Assembly (NCBI GenBank): GCA_023389425.1 | Contig: JAEWEK010000069.1 | Span: forward strand, 1 to 52,665 | Length of the DNA: 52,665 nucleotides | Source of the DNA: Pseudomonadota bacterium | GTDB lineage: Bacteria; Pseudomonadota; Gammaproteobacteria; Burkholderiales; Burkholderiaceae_D | Direction of reading: 5' to 3' | Position numbers and translations under genes: made by a program | The notes under the pieces: model-generated | Told to the model about the DNA's origin: nothing | Seen by the model: only the letters and a program-made list of their open reading frames with translations | Database searches by the model: none | Shown here: one piece after another, positions 19,292-29,071 of the stretch | Position numbering within the stretch: the first letter of the stretch is position 1 | Layout: each line of letters opens with the position of its first letter

Positions 19292-20377
19292 TTAACTTGC
19301 CATGCGTTGCCACAGTTTAATTTTGCGGCTGGCTGCCTTGGCCAAGGCGAAGGTGAAGCTTTCGCGCAGCGACTGGCGCAGCTGGCTGGCCGCGACCCGA
19401 TCCTGGGCCCGGTTGCGCGAGGGAAGGGCGCCGCCTTCCATGGCCGCCAGCACGCGCTCCGGTTCGTGGAACAGGCTGTCGAGGAAGATCGCCTTGACCT
19501 GCTCGCGCGCGGCGCGCCCTTCGCCCCAGGCCAGCTGGTAGGAGTTCTTGACGATGCCGATGTAGAAATAGCAGGCTGCCACGTCGATCTGCAGGCGCAG
19601 CGCCTCGCTCATCGGCCGGTGGGCCAGGCCGATGCGCACCTGGCGCAGGGCGCTGGCGAAATCGGTGCACCACTTGGCCGACACCGACTTGGTGATGCTG
19701 GCCGCATGCTGGCGGTAGGCGATGGTGGGAATCGGCAGGCGGTACAGGCTGGCGCATTGCGACAGCAGGCAGGACAGCACCGCCACGTCCTCGTACACGC
19801 GCCCGGCCGGGAATACCGGCTGCGGCAGGCGCTGGTAGATCTCGCGCCGGATCACGTTGGCCCACACGTACATATGGCGGTCGGCGAAGAAGGTCTGGAG
19901 GATGGCGTCGCCGTCGGTGAGCAGCCGGGCGCGCGGGTAGCCCAGCTCCACCGGTCCGGACTTGCGCTCCTTGTTCGGGTACCACCACCGGAAGTCGCAG
20001 GCGATGGCGTCGGGGCGCTGTTCTTCGATGGCGCTGTCCAGCGCCGCCAGGGCGCCGGGCAGCAGCAGGTCGTCGGCGTCGACGAAGGCGATGTAGCCGC
20101 CGCGCGCCTCCTGCAGGCCGCGGTTGCGGGCGCCGGATACGCCCTGGTTCGGCTGGCGCAGCACGCGGATGGCGTGCTGCGGATGGCGTTCGGCCACGGC
20201 CTCGGCGATGGCGGCGCTGCGGTCGCGCGAGCCGTCGTCGATGACGAGCAGCTCGTGCGCCGGGCCCATCTGGCCCGCGATCGCGTTCAGGCAGCTTTCG
20301 ATGAAGTCCTGGGCATCATAGGCGGGGACGATAATCGACAACACCGGGTGTTCCGGCGAATTCCGGATCGTGTTCAT
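19292..20377 (-). CDS. Glycosyltransferase family 2
   Basis: LSIIVPAY, IDDGSRD, NQGVSGARNRG, FVDADD, YED. Confidence 0.9.
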   Translation of the reverse strand: MNTIRNSPEHPVLSIIVPAYDAQDFIESCLNAIAGQMGPAHELLVIDDGSRDRSAAIAEAVAERHPQHAIRVLRQPNQGVSGARNRGLQEARGGYIAFVDADDLLLPGALAALDSAIEEQRPDAIACDFRWWYPNKERKSGPVELGYPRARLLTDGDAILQTFFADRHMYVWANVIRREIYQRLPQPVFPAGRVYEDVAVLSCLLSQCASLYRLPIPTIAYRQHAASITKSVSAKWCTDFASALRQVRIGLAHRPMSEALRLQIDVAACYFYIGIVKNSYQLAWGEGRAAREQVKAIFLDSLFHEPERVLAAMEGGALPSRNRAQDRVAASQLRQSLRESFTFALAKAASRKIKLWQRMAS

Positions 20378-21191
20378 GTTCTTTCAGTCCCTTGACCGCT
20401 TGTGTCGTTTTATTGGCGGCGCGTTCCAGTACGATACGCCGGTTGCTCGACTCCTGGCCGCGCTGGGCTTCGCGGTGCCAGAGGTGGAATACCTCGGTGG
20501 CGAACGCGCCGTCCTTGCGCAGCACGCCGGCATGAAACAGGCGCACCACCAGGTCCGAATCTTCATGTCCCCAGCCGGTGAAGCTTTCGTCGAAGCCGTT
20601 CACCAGTTCGAGGTCGGCGCGCCAGACGCCGAGGTTGCAGCTCTTGATGCGGCGCCAGGAAAAGCGGCGCCGCACGCGGCCGGCATCGGGCCAGCGCGCC
20701 AGCAGCTGCAGCACTTTATTGAGGTCGCCCTTGAAGCGGTAGCGCAGCTTGTCCGCCAGCGGCAGGGCGCCCAGGTCGATATGCTCGGCCAGCACGCGCG
20801 CCGTGAACGCTTCGCTGAGCAGGATGCGGCTGCCGGACACCAAGAATCCCGGCGCCATCAGCGCGCGGTGGCGGGCGATGAAGTCGCGCTGCGGCACGCA
20901 GTCGCCATCGAGGAAGACGATGTAGTCGCCGGCTGCGGCAAGCGTGCCACGGTTTCGCGCCATCGCGGCGCGGAATCCGTCGTCCGGCTGCCACACGTGC
21001 TTGACCGGCACCGGCGCGCGCGCGGCCAATGCGGCCACGCAGTCGCGCGTGTTGGCAGTCGAGCCATCATCAGCGATAATGATTTCGAACCCCTTGTCGT
21101 CCTGTGCAAACAATCCTTCCATCACCGCGGCCAGCGCGTCGGGCCGGTTGTAAGTGGTGATGACGACGGAGATGGTTTTCGCGTGATGCAT
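20316..21191 (-). CDS. Glycosyltransferase family 2 (with GT7C-like C-terminus)
   Basis: ISVVITTYN, ADDGS, FLDGDC, NGFDESFTGWGHEDSD; start taken as MHHAK at 21191; overlaps the next GT2 by 62 nt. Confidence 0.88.
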   Translation of the reverse strand: MHHAKTISVVITTYNRPDALAAVMEGLFAQDDKGFEIIIADDGSTANTRDCVAALAARAPVPVKHVWQPDDGFRAAMARNRGTLAAAGDYIVFLDGDCVPQRDFIARHRALMAPGFLVSGSRILLSEAFTARVLAEHIDLGALPLADKLRYRFKGDLNKVLQLLARWPDAGRVRRRFSWRRIKSCNLGVWRADLELVNGFDESFTGWGHEDSDLVVRLFHAGVLRKDGAFATEVFHLWHREAQRGQESSNRRIVLERAANKTTQAVKGLKEHEHDPEFAGTPGVVDYRPRL

Positions 21192-21247
21192 GTGAAGCCG
21201 TTTCGATTGTGTGGTGCGGTACCCCAAGCATATCTACAAAAATATGA

Positions 21248-22501
21248 ATGAACAATAAGTTGACGCTTTCGACGGGGTGGCTGCGTGCCTGGACCAGCAC
21301 GCTGGTCTTCCTGCTTCCCTTCATCTGCCTCATCACCTTGAGCGGTGTCAGCGTCACCAGCTTCCTGTTCCTGCTTACGGCGATTCCCCTCTACCTGCGC
21401 GGGCGCGCGGCCGTAGCGTACAACTGGCCGGCCGTGAAGTGGGTCGTTTTTGCATTCTTTTACTACCTCGCCTTCGCCGCGTTCTGCTACATCGTGCGCC
21501 CCGTCGCGCCGCTGTCGAATCTTGAAAAACCGTCGCGCATGTTTTTTGCAATCAGCGCGCTGATGGTGGTGCTGGTGGCGCAGCCGCGGCGGCGCGCGCT
21601 GTGGTGGGGCGTGATCGCCGGCGCGCTGGTCGCGCTGCCGCTGGTGGCATGGCAGCGCCTGGTGCTCGACATCGAGCGCCCGGGCGGCGTGTTCAATGCG
21701 ATCACCTATGGCGACCTGTCGCTGTGCCTGGCGCTGATGGCGCTGGCGGCAGCGGCCGATTTCCGCGGCGGCGCGCGCCAGGCCATATGGCCGGCGCTGG
21801 GCGCGCTGGCGGGCCTGGCGGGCTCGATCCTGTCCGGCACGCGCGGCGGCTGGATTGCGCTTGCGCTGGCCGCCGTGGCCTTCCTGCGCCATGGCCACCT
21901 GGCGCCGGGAGGGCGCGTGCGTGCGCTGCTGCTGGCCAGCTTCGCCCTGTTCGTCGCCTCCTGGTTCGTGCCGGCGCTCGGCATGCAGGGGCGGGTCGCG
22001 CAGGGCGTGTTCGACGTGCGCACCTGGATCGATGGCGGCAGCGCGTTTTCCAATGTCGGCATCCGGCTCGAACTATGGAAAAGCGCCTTCATGCTGGTCG
22101 CCGAGCACCCGTGGTTCGGCCTCGATCCGGCCGATTACACGCTGGAACTGGCCGACTGGGCGGTGGCGGGAAAAATCGACCGGGTGGTGCTTACCATGCC
22201 GCACATGCATAATGACGCCTTGCAGGCCGTCGTGACCGGCGGCATACCGGGCCTGGTGGCCTGGTTCGGCATCATCGCCGCGCCCTTTGCTTTTTTTGCA
22301 CGGGCGATGCGCGGCGCCGCCGCCAGCGGTGCGCGCACTTTCGCGCCGGCCCTGGCCGGCATGCTGCTGGTGATCTGCTATTTCAGCTTCGGGCTGACCG
22401 AAGTGATCTTCTGGTCTGTCTCCAGCAGCCTGTTCTACGCGCTCATGGTCTTTCTGCTCATGGGCTTCTGCCTGATCGAGAAGGAACGAATTGGAAAATA
22501 G
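21248..22501 (+). CDS. O-antigen ligase (WaaL/Wzy_C) family protein
   Basis: Multi-TM protein with SGTRGGW, RLELWK and HMHND motifs. Confidence 0.85.
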   Translation: MNNKLTLSTGWLRAWTSTLVFLLPFICLITLSGVSVTSFLFLLTAIPLYLRGRAAVAYNWPAVKWVVFAFFYYLAFAAFCYIVRPVAPLSNLEKPSRMFFAISALMVVLVAQPRRRALWWGVIAGALVALPLVAWQRLVLDIERPGGVFNAITYGDLSLCLALMALAAAADFRGGARQAIWPALGALAGLAGSILSGTRGGWIALALAAVAFLRHGHLAPGGRVRALLLASFALFVASWFVPALGMQGRVAQGVFDVRTWIDGGSAFSNVGIRLELWKSAFMLVAEHPWFGLDPADYTLELADWAVAGKIDRVVLTMPHMHNDALQAVVTGGIPGLVAWFGIIAAPFAFFARAMRGAAASGARTFAPALAGMLLVICYFSFGLTEVIFWSVSSSLFYALMVFLLMGFCLIEKERIGK

Positions 22502-24221
22502 TGTAATCGTCAAGCGCCTGTGGGGTTACATCAAGCCGTACAAGATGCGCGGGCTGATGTCGATGCTCGCGATGGCGCTGACCGCGGCCACCCAGCCGCT
22601 GCTTGGCCAGGCGCTCGAGCAGTTGATGGACAAGGGCTTCGCCGAGAAGGTGCCGTTCGGCCTGTGGCTGATTCCGGCGGTGCTGGTGTCGATCTTCGTC
22701 GTGCGCGGCATCGGCACCTTCGCCACCGCCTACCTGAACAACTGGGTCGTCAGCCGCGCGCTCAACGACATGCGCGCGCAGGTGTTCGAACGCCTGCTGC
22801 GCCTGCCCGTGGCGCGCTTCCACGAAGAGTCCACCGGCCGCATCATCAACACCGTGGTCAACGACGTGCGCCAGGTGGCCGACATGATCAGCTCGGTGTT
22901 CGTGGCCGCGATCCGCGACACCCTGGTCGTGATCGGCCTGATCGTGGGCCTGTTGTACCTGAACTGGAAGCTGACGCTGGTCGCGGTCATCATCCTGCCG
23001 CTGACGGCCGCCATCGTGCGCACCACCACGGGCCGCCTGCGCCGCCTGAACCGCGAGAGCCAGCGCGTGACCGCCGAGATGACCCAGGTGGTCGACGAGG
23101 CCGCGCGCGGCCACCAGGTGATCCGCGTGTTCTCGGGCGAGAGCTACGAGCGGCGCCGCTTCCACCAGCGCAGCCAGTCGCTGCTGGGCTTCTCGCAGCG
23201 CATGACGGTGGCCTTCGCCGCCACCACGCCGGTGACCCAGATCGCGACCGCGATCGCGCTGTCGGTAGTGGTCGTGCTGGCGGTGAAGTCGCAGATGACC
23301 CCTGGGCAGTTCACCAACTTCGTCACCATGATGCTGATGCTGCTGACGCCGATGAAGGCGCTGGCCGAGATCAACGGCCCGATCCAGCGCGGCATCGCGT
23401 CCGCCGAGAGCGTGTTCGAGCTGATCGATTCGCCGATCGAGGAAGACACCGGCAGCCGCGTGATCGGCCGCGCCCAGGGCCACCTGCGCTTCGAGAACGT
23501 GTCGTTCCGCTATCCGAACGCGCACGCGCCGGCGCTGTCCGGCGTCACGCTCGACGTCCAGCCGGGCAAGACGCTGGCGCTGGTCGGCGTCTCGGGCGGC
23601 GGCAAGTCCACTTTCGTCAACCTGGCCACCCGCTTCTACGAACCTGACGCGGGCCGTATCCTGCTCGACGGCGTGCCCTACCCCGAGCTGGCGCTGGCCG
23701 GCCTGCGTGCGCAGCTGGCGATGGTGAGCCAGAACGTGGTGCTGTTCGACGACACGCTGGCCGCCAACGTGGCCTACGGCGTGGAGAACATCGACCCGGC
23801 GCGCCTGGACGCGGCAATCCGCGCGGCCCACCTGTCGGACGTGGTGGCCAAGCTGCCGGAGGGCGTTCACACCATGATCGGCGAGAACGGCATGCGCCTG
23901 TCGGGCGGGCAGCGCCAGCGCGTGGCGATCGCGCGCGCCATCTACAAGGACGCGCCGATCCTTATTCTCGACGAGGCCACCTCGGCGCTCGACAACGAAT
24001 CCGAACGCGCGGTGCAGGCCGCGCTCGACACGCTGATGGCGGGCCGCACCACGATCGTCATCGCGCACCGCCTGTCGACCATCGAGCGGGCCGACAGCAT
24101 CGCCGTGATGGAGCACGGCCGCGTGGTGGAGCAGGGCACGCACGACGAGTTGCTGGCGCGCGACGGCATGTACGCCAACCTGTATCGCCTGCAGTTCGCT
24201 GCCGCGGTGACCGAACAATGA
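22491..24221 (+). CDS. msbA: Lipid A export ABC transporter MsbA(-like)
   Basis: ABC TM domain plus GVSGGGKST, LSGGQRQR, LDEATSALD; sits in an LPS cluster near dnaE. Confidence 0.82.
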   Translation: MENSVIVKRLWGYIKPYKMRGLMSMLAMALTAATQPLLGQALEQLMDKGFAEKVPFGLWLIPAVLVSIFVVRGIGTFATAYLNNWVVSRALNDMRAQVFERLLRLPVARFHEESTGRIINTVVNDVRQVADMISSVFVAAIRDTLVVIGLIVGLLYLNWKLTLVAVIILPLTAAIVRTTTGRLRRLNRESQRVTAEMTQVVDEAARGHQVIRVFSGESYERRRFHQRSQSLLGFSQRMTVAFAATTPVTQIATAIALSVVVVLAVKSQMTPGQFTNFVTMMLMLLTPMKALAEINGPIQRGIASAESVFELIDSPIEEDTGSRVIGRAQGHLRFENVSFRYPNAHAPALSGVTLDVQPGKTLALVGVSGGGKSTFVNLATRFYEPDAGRILLDGVPYPELALAGLRAQLAMVSQNVVLFDDTLAANVAYGVENIDPARLDAAIRAAHLSDVVAKLPEGVHTMIGENGMRLSGGQRQRVAIARAIYKDAPILILDEATSALDNESERAVQAALDTLMAGRTTIVIAHRLSTIERADSIAVMEHGRVVEQGTHDELLARDGMYANLYRLQFAAAVTEQ

Positions 24222-25246
24222 GCCGGCAGCGCACCCTCGTCATTTCGCCCAACTGGATCGGCGACGCCGTGATGGCGCAGCCGCTGCTGGCGCTGCTCAA
24301 GGCGCGTCATCCGGAGCGCCCGATCGACGTGCTGGCGCCGCCCGCGGTGGCGCCGGTGTGGCGCGCGGTGCCCGAAGTCGACACCGTGCTGGAGACGCCG
24401 TTCCGGCACAAGGCGCTGCAACTGAAGGAGCGCTGGCGCTATGCGAGGCTGCTGCGGGCGCGCGGCTACGCCGATGCCTATGTGCTGCCGAATACGATCA
24501 AGTACGCGCTGATCCCCTGGCTGGCGGGGATTCCACGCCGGGTAGGCTACAAGGGCGAAATGCGCTACGGCCTGCTCAACGTGCTGCACCATGACGACAA
24601 GCCGGCGCGGCCGATGATGCCCTTTTATGCGGCGCTGGCGCAGGCGCCGTCGCAGCCGGCCCCGCGCGACGTTGCGCGTCCGCGCCTCGTGGTGCCGGCC
24701 GAACGCGTGCGCGAAACCTGTGCGCGCCACGGTATCGACATGTCGCGCAAGCTGGTGGTGTATGCGCCGGGGGCGGAATTCGGGCGCGCCAAGCGCTGGC
24801 CGCCGCGCCATTTCGGCGAACTGGCCCGCAAGATCGTCGCGGACGATCCGCAGGCGCAGATCGCGCTGCTCGGTTCACCGAAAGATCGCGAGACCTGCGA
24901 CGAGGTGGTGGCCGCGGCGGGCGATGCGGCGTCCAGCATGCTGAACCTGGCCGGCGCCACCAGGCTGGATGAGGCGGCCGCGCTGATCGCCCAGGCCGAT
25001 GCGGTGGTGACCAACGATTCGGGGCTGATGCACATTGCCTCGGGATTGAACAAGCCGCTGGTGGCGCTGTACGGGCCGACCGACCCGCGTCACACGCCGC
25101 CGTCGTCCGAGTTCGCGCACTGGATCTGGCTGCACATCGAGTGCGCGCCGTGCCAGCAGCGCGAGTGCCCGCTGGGGCATCACAACTGCATGGAGAAGCT
25201 GGGGGCGGATATGGCCTGGCAAGAGCTCAGGCCGATGCTCAAGTAA
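24218..25246 (+). CDS. waaF: Lipopolysaccharide heptosyltransferase II (GT9)
   Basis: SPNWIGDAVMAQ, PGAEFGRAKRWP, NDSGLMHIA, CAPCQQRECPLGH. Confidence 0.9.
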   Translation: MSRQRTLVISPNWIGDAVMAQPLLALLKARHPERPIDVLAPPAVAPVWRAVPEVDTVLETPFRHKALQLKERWRYARLLRARGYADAYVLPNTIKYALIPWLAGIPRRVGYKGEMRYGLLNVLHHDDKPARPMMPFYAALAQAPSQPAPRDVARPRLVVPAERVRETCARHGIDMSRKLVVYAPGAEFGRAKRWPPRHFGELARKIVADDPQAQIALLGSPKDRETCDEVVAAAGDAASSMLNLAGATRLDEAAALIAQADAVVTNDSGLMHIASGLNKPLVALYGPTDPRHTPPSSEFAHWIWLHIECAPCQQRECPLGHHNCMEKLGADMAWQELRPMLK

Positions 25247-25261
25247 GCGGTTCAGCAAGCA

Positions 25262-25344
25262 AAATGGGATTCCCGCCTTCGCGGGAACGACGATAACTTT
25301 TCCTCTCAAGTAGCGTCGTTCCCGCGGAAGCGGGAACCCCATTT
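25262..25344. repeat. CGTC-type REP doublet (CGTC ends facing inward) between convergent genes
   Basis: AAATGGGATTCCCGCCTTCGCGGGAACGACG ... CGTCGTTCCCGCGGAAGCGGGAACCCCATTT. Confidence 0.88.
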
Positions 25345-25353
25345 GATTTTCGT

Positions 25354-26328
25354 TTAGGCAGCCAGCGCCAGCGCAGGCAGGCGCCGCGCCACACCCATGC
25401 GCTGGTTCAGCGATGCGGCCATATTCGCCATCAGCTCATGCCGCTTCCTGGCTTCCGAGCGCTTCTTCGACGGAATCGATTCGAGATCGAGCTCCGGCAG
25501 TGCCGCGCATGGCAGGCAGAAGTCGCCGTCGTCCAGGCGCTGCGCGCCCATCTCTTCCCACACCTGGTCGTAGTCGGACAGCACGCGGCCCTTGCGCATT
25601 GCGCTCTTCACCACGCGATTCTGGTTCGACACCAGCAGCAGGCGGCCGCAGCCGAATTCATAGCCGAGCTGGCGCACCAGCGACACCAGCATCTGCTTCG
25701 GACGCAGGCCGTGCAGGTCGCGCGTGGCGGCGCGGATCGCGTCCATCGTACCTTCCGCTTTACCACCCTGCATGCAGCCGATGCTGACCGCATGGCCTTC
25801 GCCGCGCCAGCCGAAAGTGAAGGCGACGGCGTACAGCATCATCTCTCCCTGCCACAGCTGCAGCACCATCTCGCCTTCGCGTTCGAGGCAGGTGCCGACC
25901 GCGCGCAGCTTGATCTGGTAGGGCAGGCCGCTCTTGCCTTCGAAGGTGGCCAGGCGCACGCCGGTGGCGCTGGCCTGCATCAGCAGCGGGCCGAGGCCGC
26001 GCTCGAATACGAACTGGTAATGCGATGCCAGCAGCGCGATGCGCGCCTCCATCGGCACGGTCGCGCTCAGGTAGGGGCGGTAGATCTTGTACAGGAAGCG
26101 CGGCCAGTTGCGCACGTACTCCGAGAAAGCCGGGTGCGAATTGAGCAGCTGCAGCCAGCGGCGGGTCTCGCGGCGGTGCGCCATCGAGCGCAGCTTCAGT
26201 TTCAGTAGTTCGCGCCAGTAGGCCGCCGGCTTCAGGTCGCGCGAGACGCCCGAACTGATCGTGATCGAGGGCCGCGCGTTGGCGACCATTTGCTCCGCCC
26301 AGCCGGGGACTCCGGAATAGAGCCTCAT
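25354..26328 (-). CDS. VirK/YbjX (DUF535) family protein
   Basis: KIYRPYL, EREGEM, IGCMQG, ATRDLHGLRPK, DYDQVWEEMG, IPSKKRSEARKR; the start could instead be 26289. Confidence 0.88.
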   Translation of the reverse strand: MRLYSGVPGWAEQMVANARPSITISSGVSRDLKPAAYWRELLKLKLRSMAHRRETRRWLQLLNSHPAFSEYVRNWPRFLYKIYRPYLSATVPMEARIALLASHYQFVFERGLGPLLMQASATGVRLATFEGKSGLPYQIKLRAVGTCLEREGEMVLQLWQGEMMLYAVAFTFGWRGEGHAVSIGCMQGGKAEGTMDAIRAATRDLHGLRPKQMLVSLVRQLGYEFGCGRLLLVSNQNRVVKSAMRKGRVLSDYDQVWEEMGAQRLDDGDFCLPCAALPELDLESIPSKKRSEARKRHELMANMAASLNQRMGVARRLPALALAA

Positions 26329-26633
26329 AGCAGCACGCTCCAGCCGGCGACGGTGGAGGAGGGGAAGAGCGACACGTTGGCGACAGACGGCGACATACTG
26401 ATGACAGGTGTAAAGTTAGGTAAGCGTCAAGTAACGCTATGTAACTCAGTGTATCAGAAACATTCACGTAGTAAATGTTTTTTATGCGCGGTCAAAATAA
26501 CTGATGACCTTGTTGCTCGAAACCGACTCCCGATGTCGGCTTTCTGCTACGAATTCGTAAAATCCAAGTGAACTATTCTTGTAAGAAATTGTTTCCGTGC
26601 AATGCACGCATGAAACATGAGGATACAAGAGGG

Positions 26634-26663
26634 CAAAAACATGTCCCGGCAAGCGGGACATGT
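26634..26663 (-). terminator. Rho-independent terminator of the GH1-RmlD gene
   Basis: Minus strand ACATGTCCCG-CTTGC-CGGGACATGT-TTTTG; 10-bp stem about 45 nt after the stop. Confidence 0.7.
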
Positions 26664-26706
26664 AAAGAAGATGTAAAGGGAAATGTAAAGACGAAGCGGC
26701 GGTGGA

Positions 26707-28950
26707 TCAGCTTGCGTAGCTGGCCGTTTCCTGGTCCTGCAGGTCGTTGGCGCGATCGGCCAGCGCTTGCACGAAGCGGGCCAAGGCATCGTCGAGCGGC
26801 GCCATGAGCATGCCCCGCTCGCTGCCCAATGCGCTGTTGCGCGGCCGCGCCGCCGGCTGTCCGAAACTGTGCCAGTCGCGCGCCTCCACCGCGGCCGGCT
26901 CGAGTCCCGCCGCCGCCGCCGCGCGGCGCGCCAGCTCCGCCCAGCTCAGCGCCGTTCCGCTGGACAGGTGCCAGATGCCGCGCTCGCGGTCGATCAGCAG
27001 GTCGAGCGTGGCGTTGACGAGGTCTGGCACATAGGTCGGCGTGACCACCAGGTCGGACGCGGCCGCGAAACGTTCGCCGCAATCGATGGCATTGAGCGCC
27101 CGCGTGACGAAGTTGTGCGCGTCCCACGGCCCGAAGAAGGCGCTGCTGCGGATCACCAGCGCCTGGGGATCGGCATCGAGCACGCGCCGCTCCGCTTCCA
27201 GCTTGCTGCGTCCGTAGACATTCAGCGGCGCGGCCTGGTCCGACTCGACATAGGGCGCGTCCTTGGCGCCGTCGAACACCAGGTCGCTGGAGAAGGTGAC
27301 GAAGCGCAGCGCATGGCGCATGCAGGCCAGCGCGAGCACGGTCGGGCCGTGCGTGTTCTCGCGCATGCACGCCGCCGCCTCGTGTTCGGCGGCGTCGACC
27401 CGAACGTAGCCGCCGGCGTTGACGATCGCCCACGGCTTGAAGCGCACGATGGCCGCTTCCACCGAAACCGGGTCGGCGATGTCCATTTCGCGCCGCGTGA
27501 GCACGTGGCAGGCCAGGTTGCGCTGCTCGCAGACGCGGGCGAAGGCCGAGCCCAGGGTGCCGCTGGCGCCGGCAATCAGGATCGGCTGCACCAGCGTGGC
27601 GCGGGCCTGGCTGCGTCCCGCGAAGTCGGCCACCGCGGTGCGCGTGGCCACCGGCTTGCACAGGAAGCGGCCGGGCCGGCGCCACCAGCCCTGGCCCTGC
27701 AGCACGGGATTCGACAGCGCGCGTCCGGTGGACAGCTCGCGCATCATGGTCGCGAGCGCGGTGGGCCGCGGATCGGGACCGCGCACGTCGAACGGGCCCG
27801 GCTCGTAGTAGCCGCGGCACTCCGTGACGAGGGAGTTCCAGTCGTAGGAGCCGAGCAGTGCCCATACCGTCACCGCGCGCACGTCGGCGCCGTTCAGGCG
27901 CACCTTCTGCGCCGCGCTCCAGATCTCCAGCAGCCAGCGCAGCTGGTCCTCGCGGTTGGCGTCGATGTGCGCCTCGGTCACCGCCAGCGGCAGGCCGTAG
28001 CGGTCCCAGGCTTCCTGCAGCAGCGGGCCGATGCCGGGTGTCGGCGTGGCCAGCGCGCGCGGGGTCTCGATGTCGGCCAGCGCGATGCCGCGGATGGTGT
28101 GGCGGTGCGACGGCGGATAGCGCTCAGGCCGGTGGTCGAGCCAGCGTTCGCTGGTGATGTAGTAGTTGACGCCGATGACGTCGGGCGGACAGGGGTTCCG
28201 CGCGAACCACAGCAGTTCCGCTTCTTCCGCGCCAGAGGCGAGCAGGTAGTCCCACAGCGCGTGGCCGGGCGCGACCTTCCCGCACAACAGGTCCCACGAC
28301 AGCCAGCGCCGTTCGTTATAGAAGCACGCGAGCTCCGCCAGTTCCGGCGTGCTGTAGGTGCGCGACAGGTCGTCGGTCTGCACCAGCTTCGCGTGCGGGT
28401 TCACCGCCCGGATCGCCTGCATGGCCAGCACCACCGCGTGGCACTGGTTGAGCAGCGCGCGCACGAAAGTGGCGTCGCTCGATCCGTGCGGATACCACAC
28501 GCCGTTCAGGCCCGAGAAACGCGCGGTAGTCAGCGGCTCGTTGACCGGCGTGTAGTATTCGACCCAGGGATAGCGGCGCGCGACGGCGCCGGCGAATTCC
28601 GCGAGCTGCTCGGCGAAGCGCGGATCGACCAGGCTGGTATGGCGCGGCCCGCTGCCGTGGTGCACCAGGCCGACGATCGGCCGCACGCCGAGGTCGCGCA
28701 GCGCGGGAAGACGCTCGTCCGGCCAGCTCCAGTCGGCGCTGTCGATGCCGTCCGGCGCGGTGCGTTCCCACAGCACCGGATAGCGGATCGCCTGGATGCC
28801 GAGCGAGGCGAAGCGTTCGATGTCCTGCAGGCGCTCGGCGTGGCCGTTGCGGTCCATCTGGCTGAAGTAATTGTCGCGTACCCGGTTGACCGTGCATTCG
28901 AGGCCGCCCCAAAGTTCCAGCGCCGGGTGGGTAGTCGTCATCTCATTCAT
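26707..28950 (-). CDS. Fusion of a GH1-like glycoside hydrolase and a dTDP-4-dehydrorhamnose reductase (RmlD)-like SDR
   Basis: N-terminal LWGGLECT, IRYPVLWE, TPVNEP, GVNYY, VTE; C-terminal GASGTLG, FSSDLVFDG, YGRSK, TPTYVPDL; AGGA RBS before ATG 28950. Confidence 0.87.
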   Translation of the reverse strand: MNEMTTTHPALELWGGLECTVNRVRDNYFSQMDRNGHAERLQDIERFASLGIQAIRYPVLWERTAPDGIDSADWSWPDERLPALRDLGVRPIVGLVHHGSGPRHTSLVDPRFAEQLAEFAGAVARRYPWVEYYTPVNEPLTTARFSGLNGVWYPHGSSDATFVRALLNQCHAVVLAMQAIRAVNPHAKLVQTDDLSRTYSTPELAELACFYNERRWLSWDLLCGKVAPGHALWDYLLASGAEEAELLWFARNPCPPDVIGVNYYITSERWLDHRPERYPPSHRHTIRGIALADIETPRALATPTPGIGPLLQEAWDRYGLPLAVTEAHIDANREDQLRWLLEIWSAAQKVRLNGADVRAVTVWALLGSYDWNSLVTECRGYYEPGPFDVRGPDPRPTALATMMRELSTGRALSNPVLQGQGWWRRPGRFLCKPVATRTAVADFAGRSQARATLVQPILIAGASGTLGSAFARVCEQRNLACHVLTRREMDIADPVSVEAAIVRFKPWAIVNAGGYVRVDAAEHEAAACMRENTHGPTVLALACMRHALRFVTFSSDLVFDGAKDAPYVESDQAAPLNVYGRSKLEAERRVLDADPQALVIRSSAFFGPWDAHNFVTRALNAIDCGERFAAASDLVVTPTYVPDLVNATLDLLIDRERGIWHLSSGTALSWAELARRAAAAAGLEPAAVEARDWHSFGQPAARPRNSALGSERGMLMAPLDDALARFVQALADRANDLQDQETASYAS

Positions 28951-29071
28951 GTAGCATCCTGCCTTCTGTGGACGAAACCGTAGCCTAGTCGGCAGTAAGG
29001 CGCGCCTGTGTTGGCTAGCGAACATAGTGAGAGGATTTCGGAATAGTCCTACTTTCTAATGGAGAACTCGG

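Noticed and set aside
20316..20377. 62-nt overlap of the two GT2 genes as a frameshifted fusion
   Set aside because: Each ORF has a complete GT2 N-terminal motif set; simple stop-codon drift is sufficient
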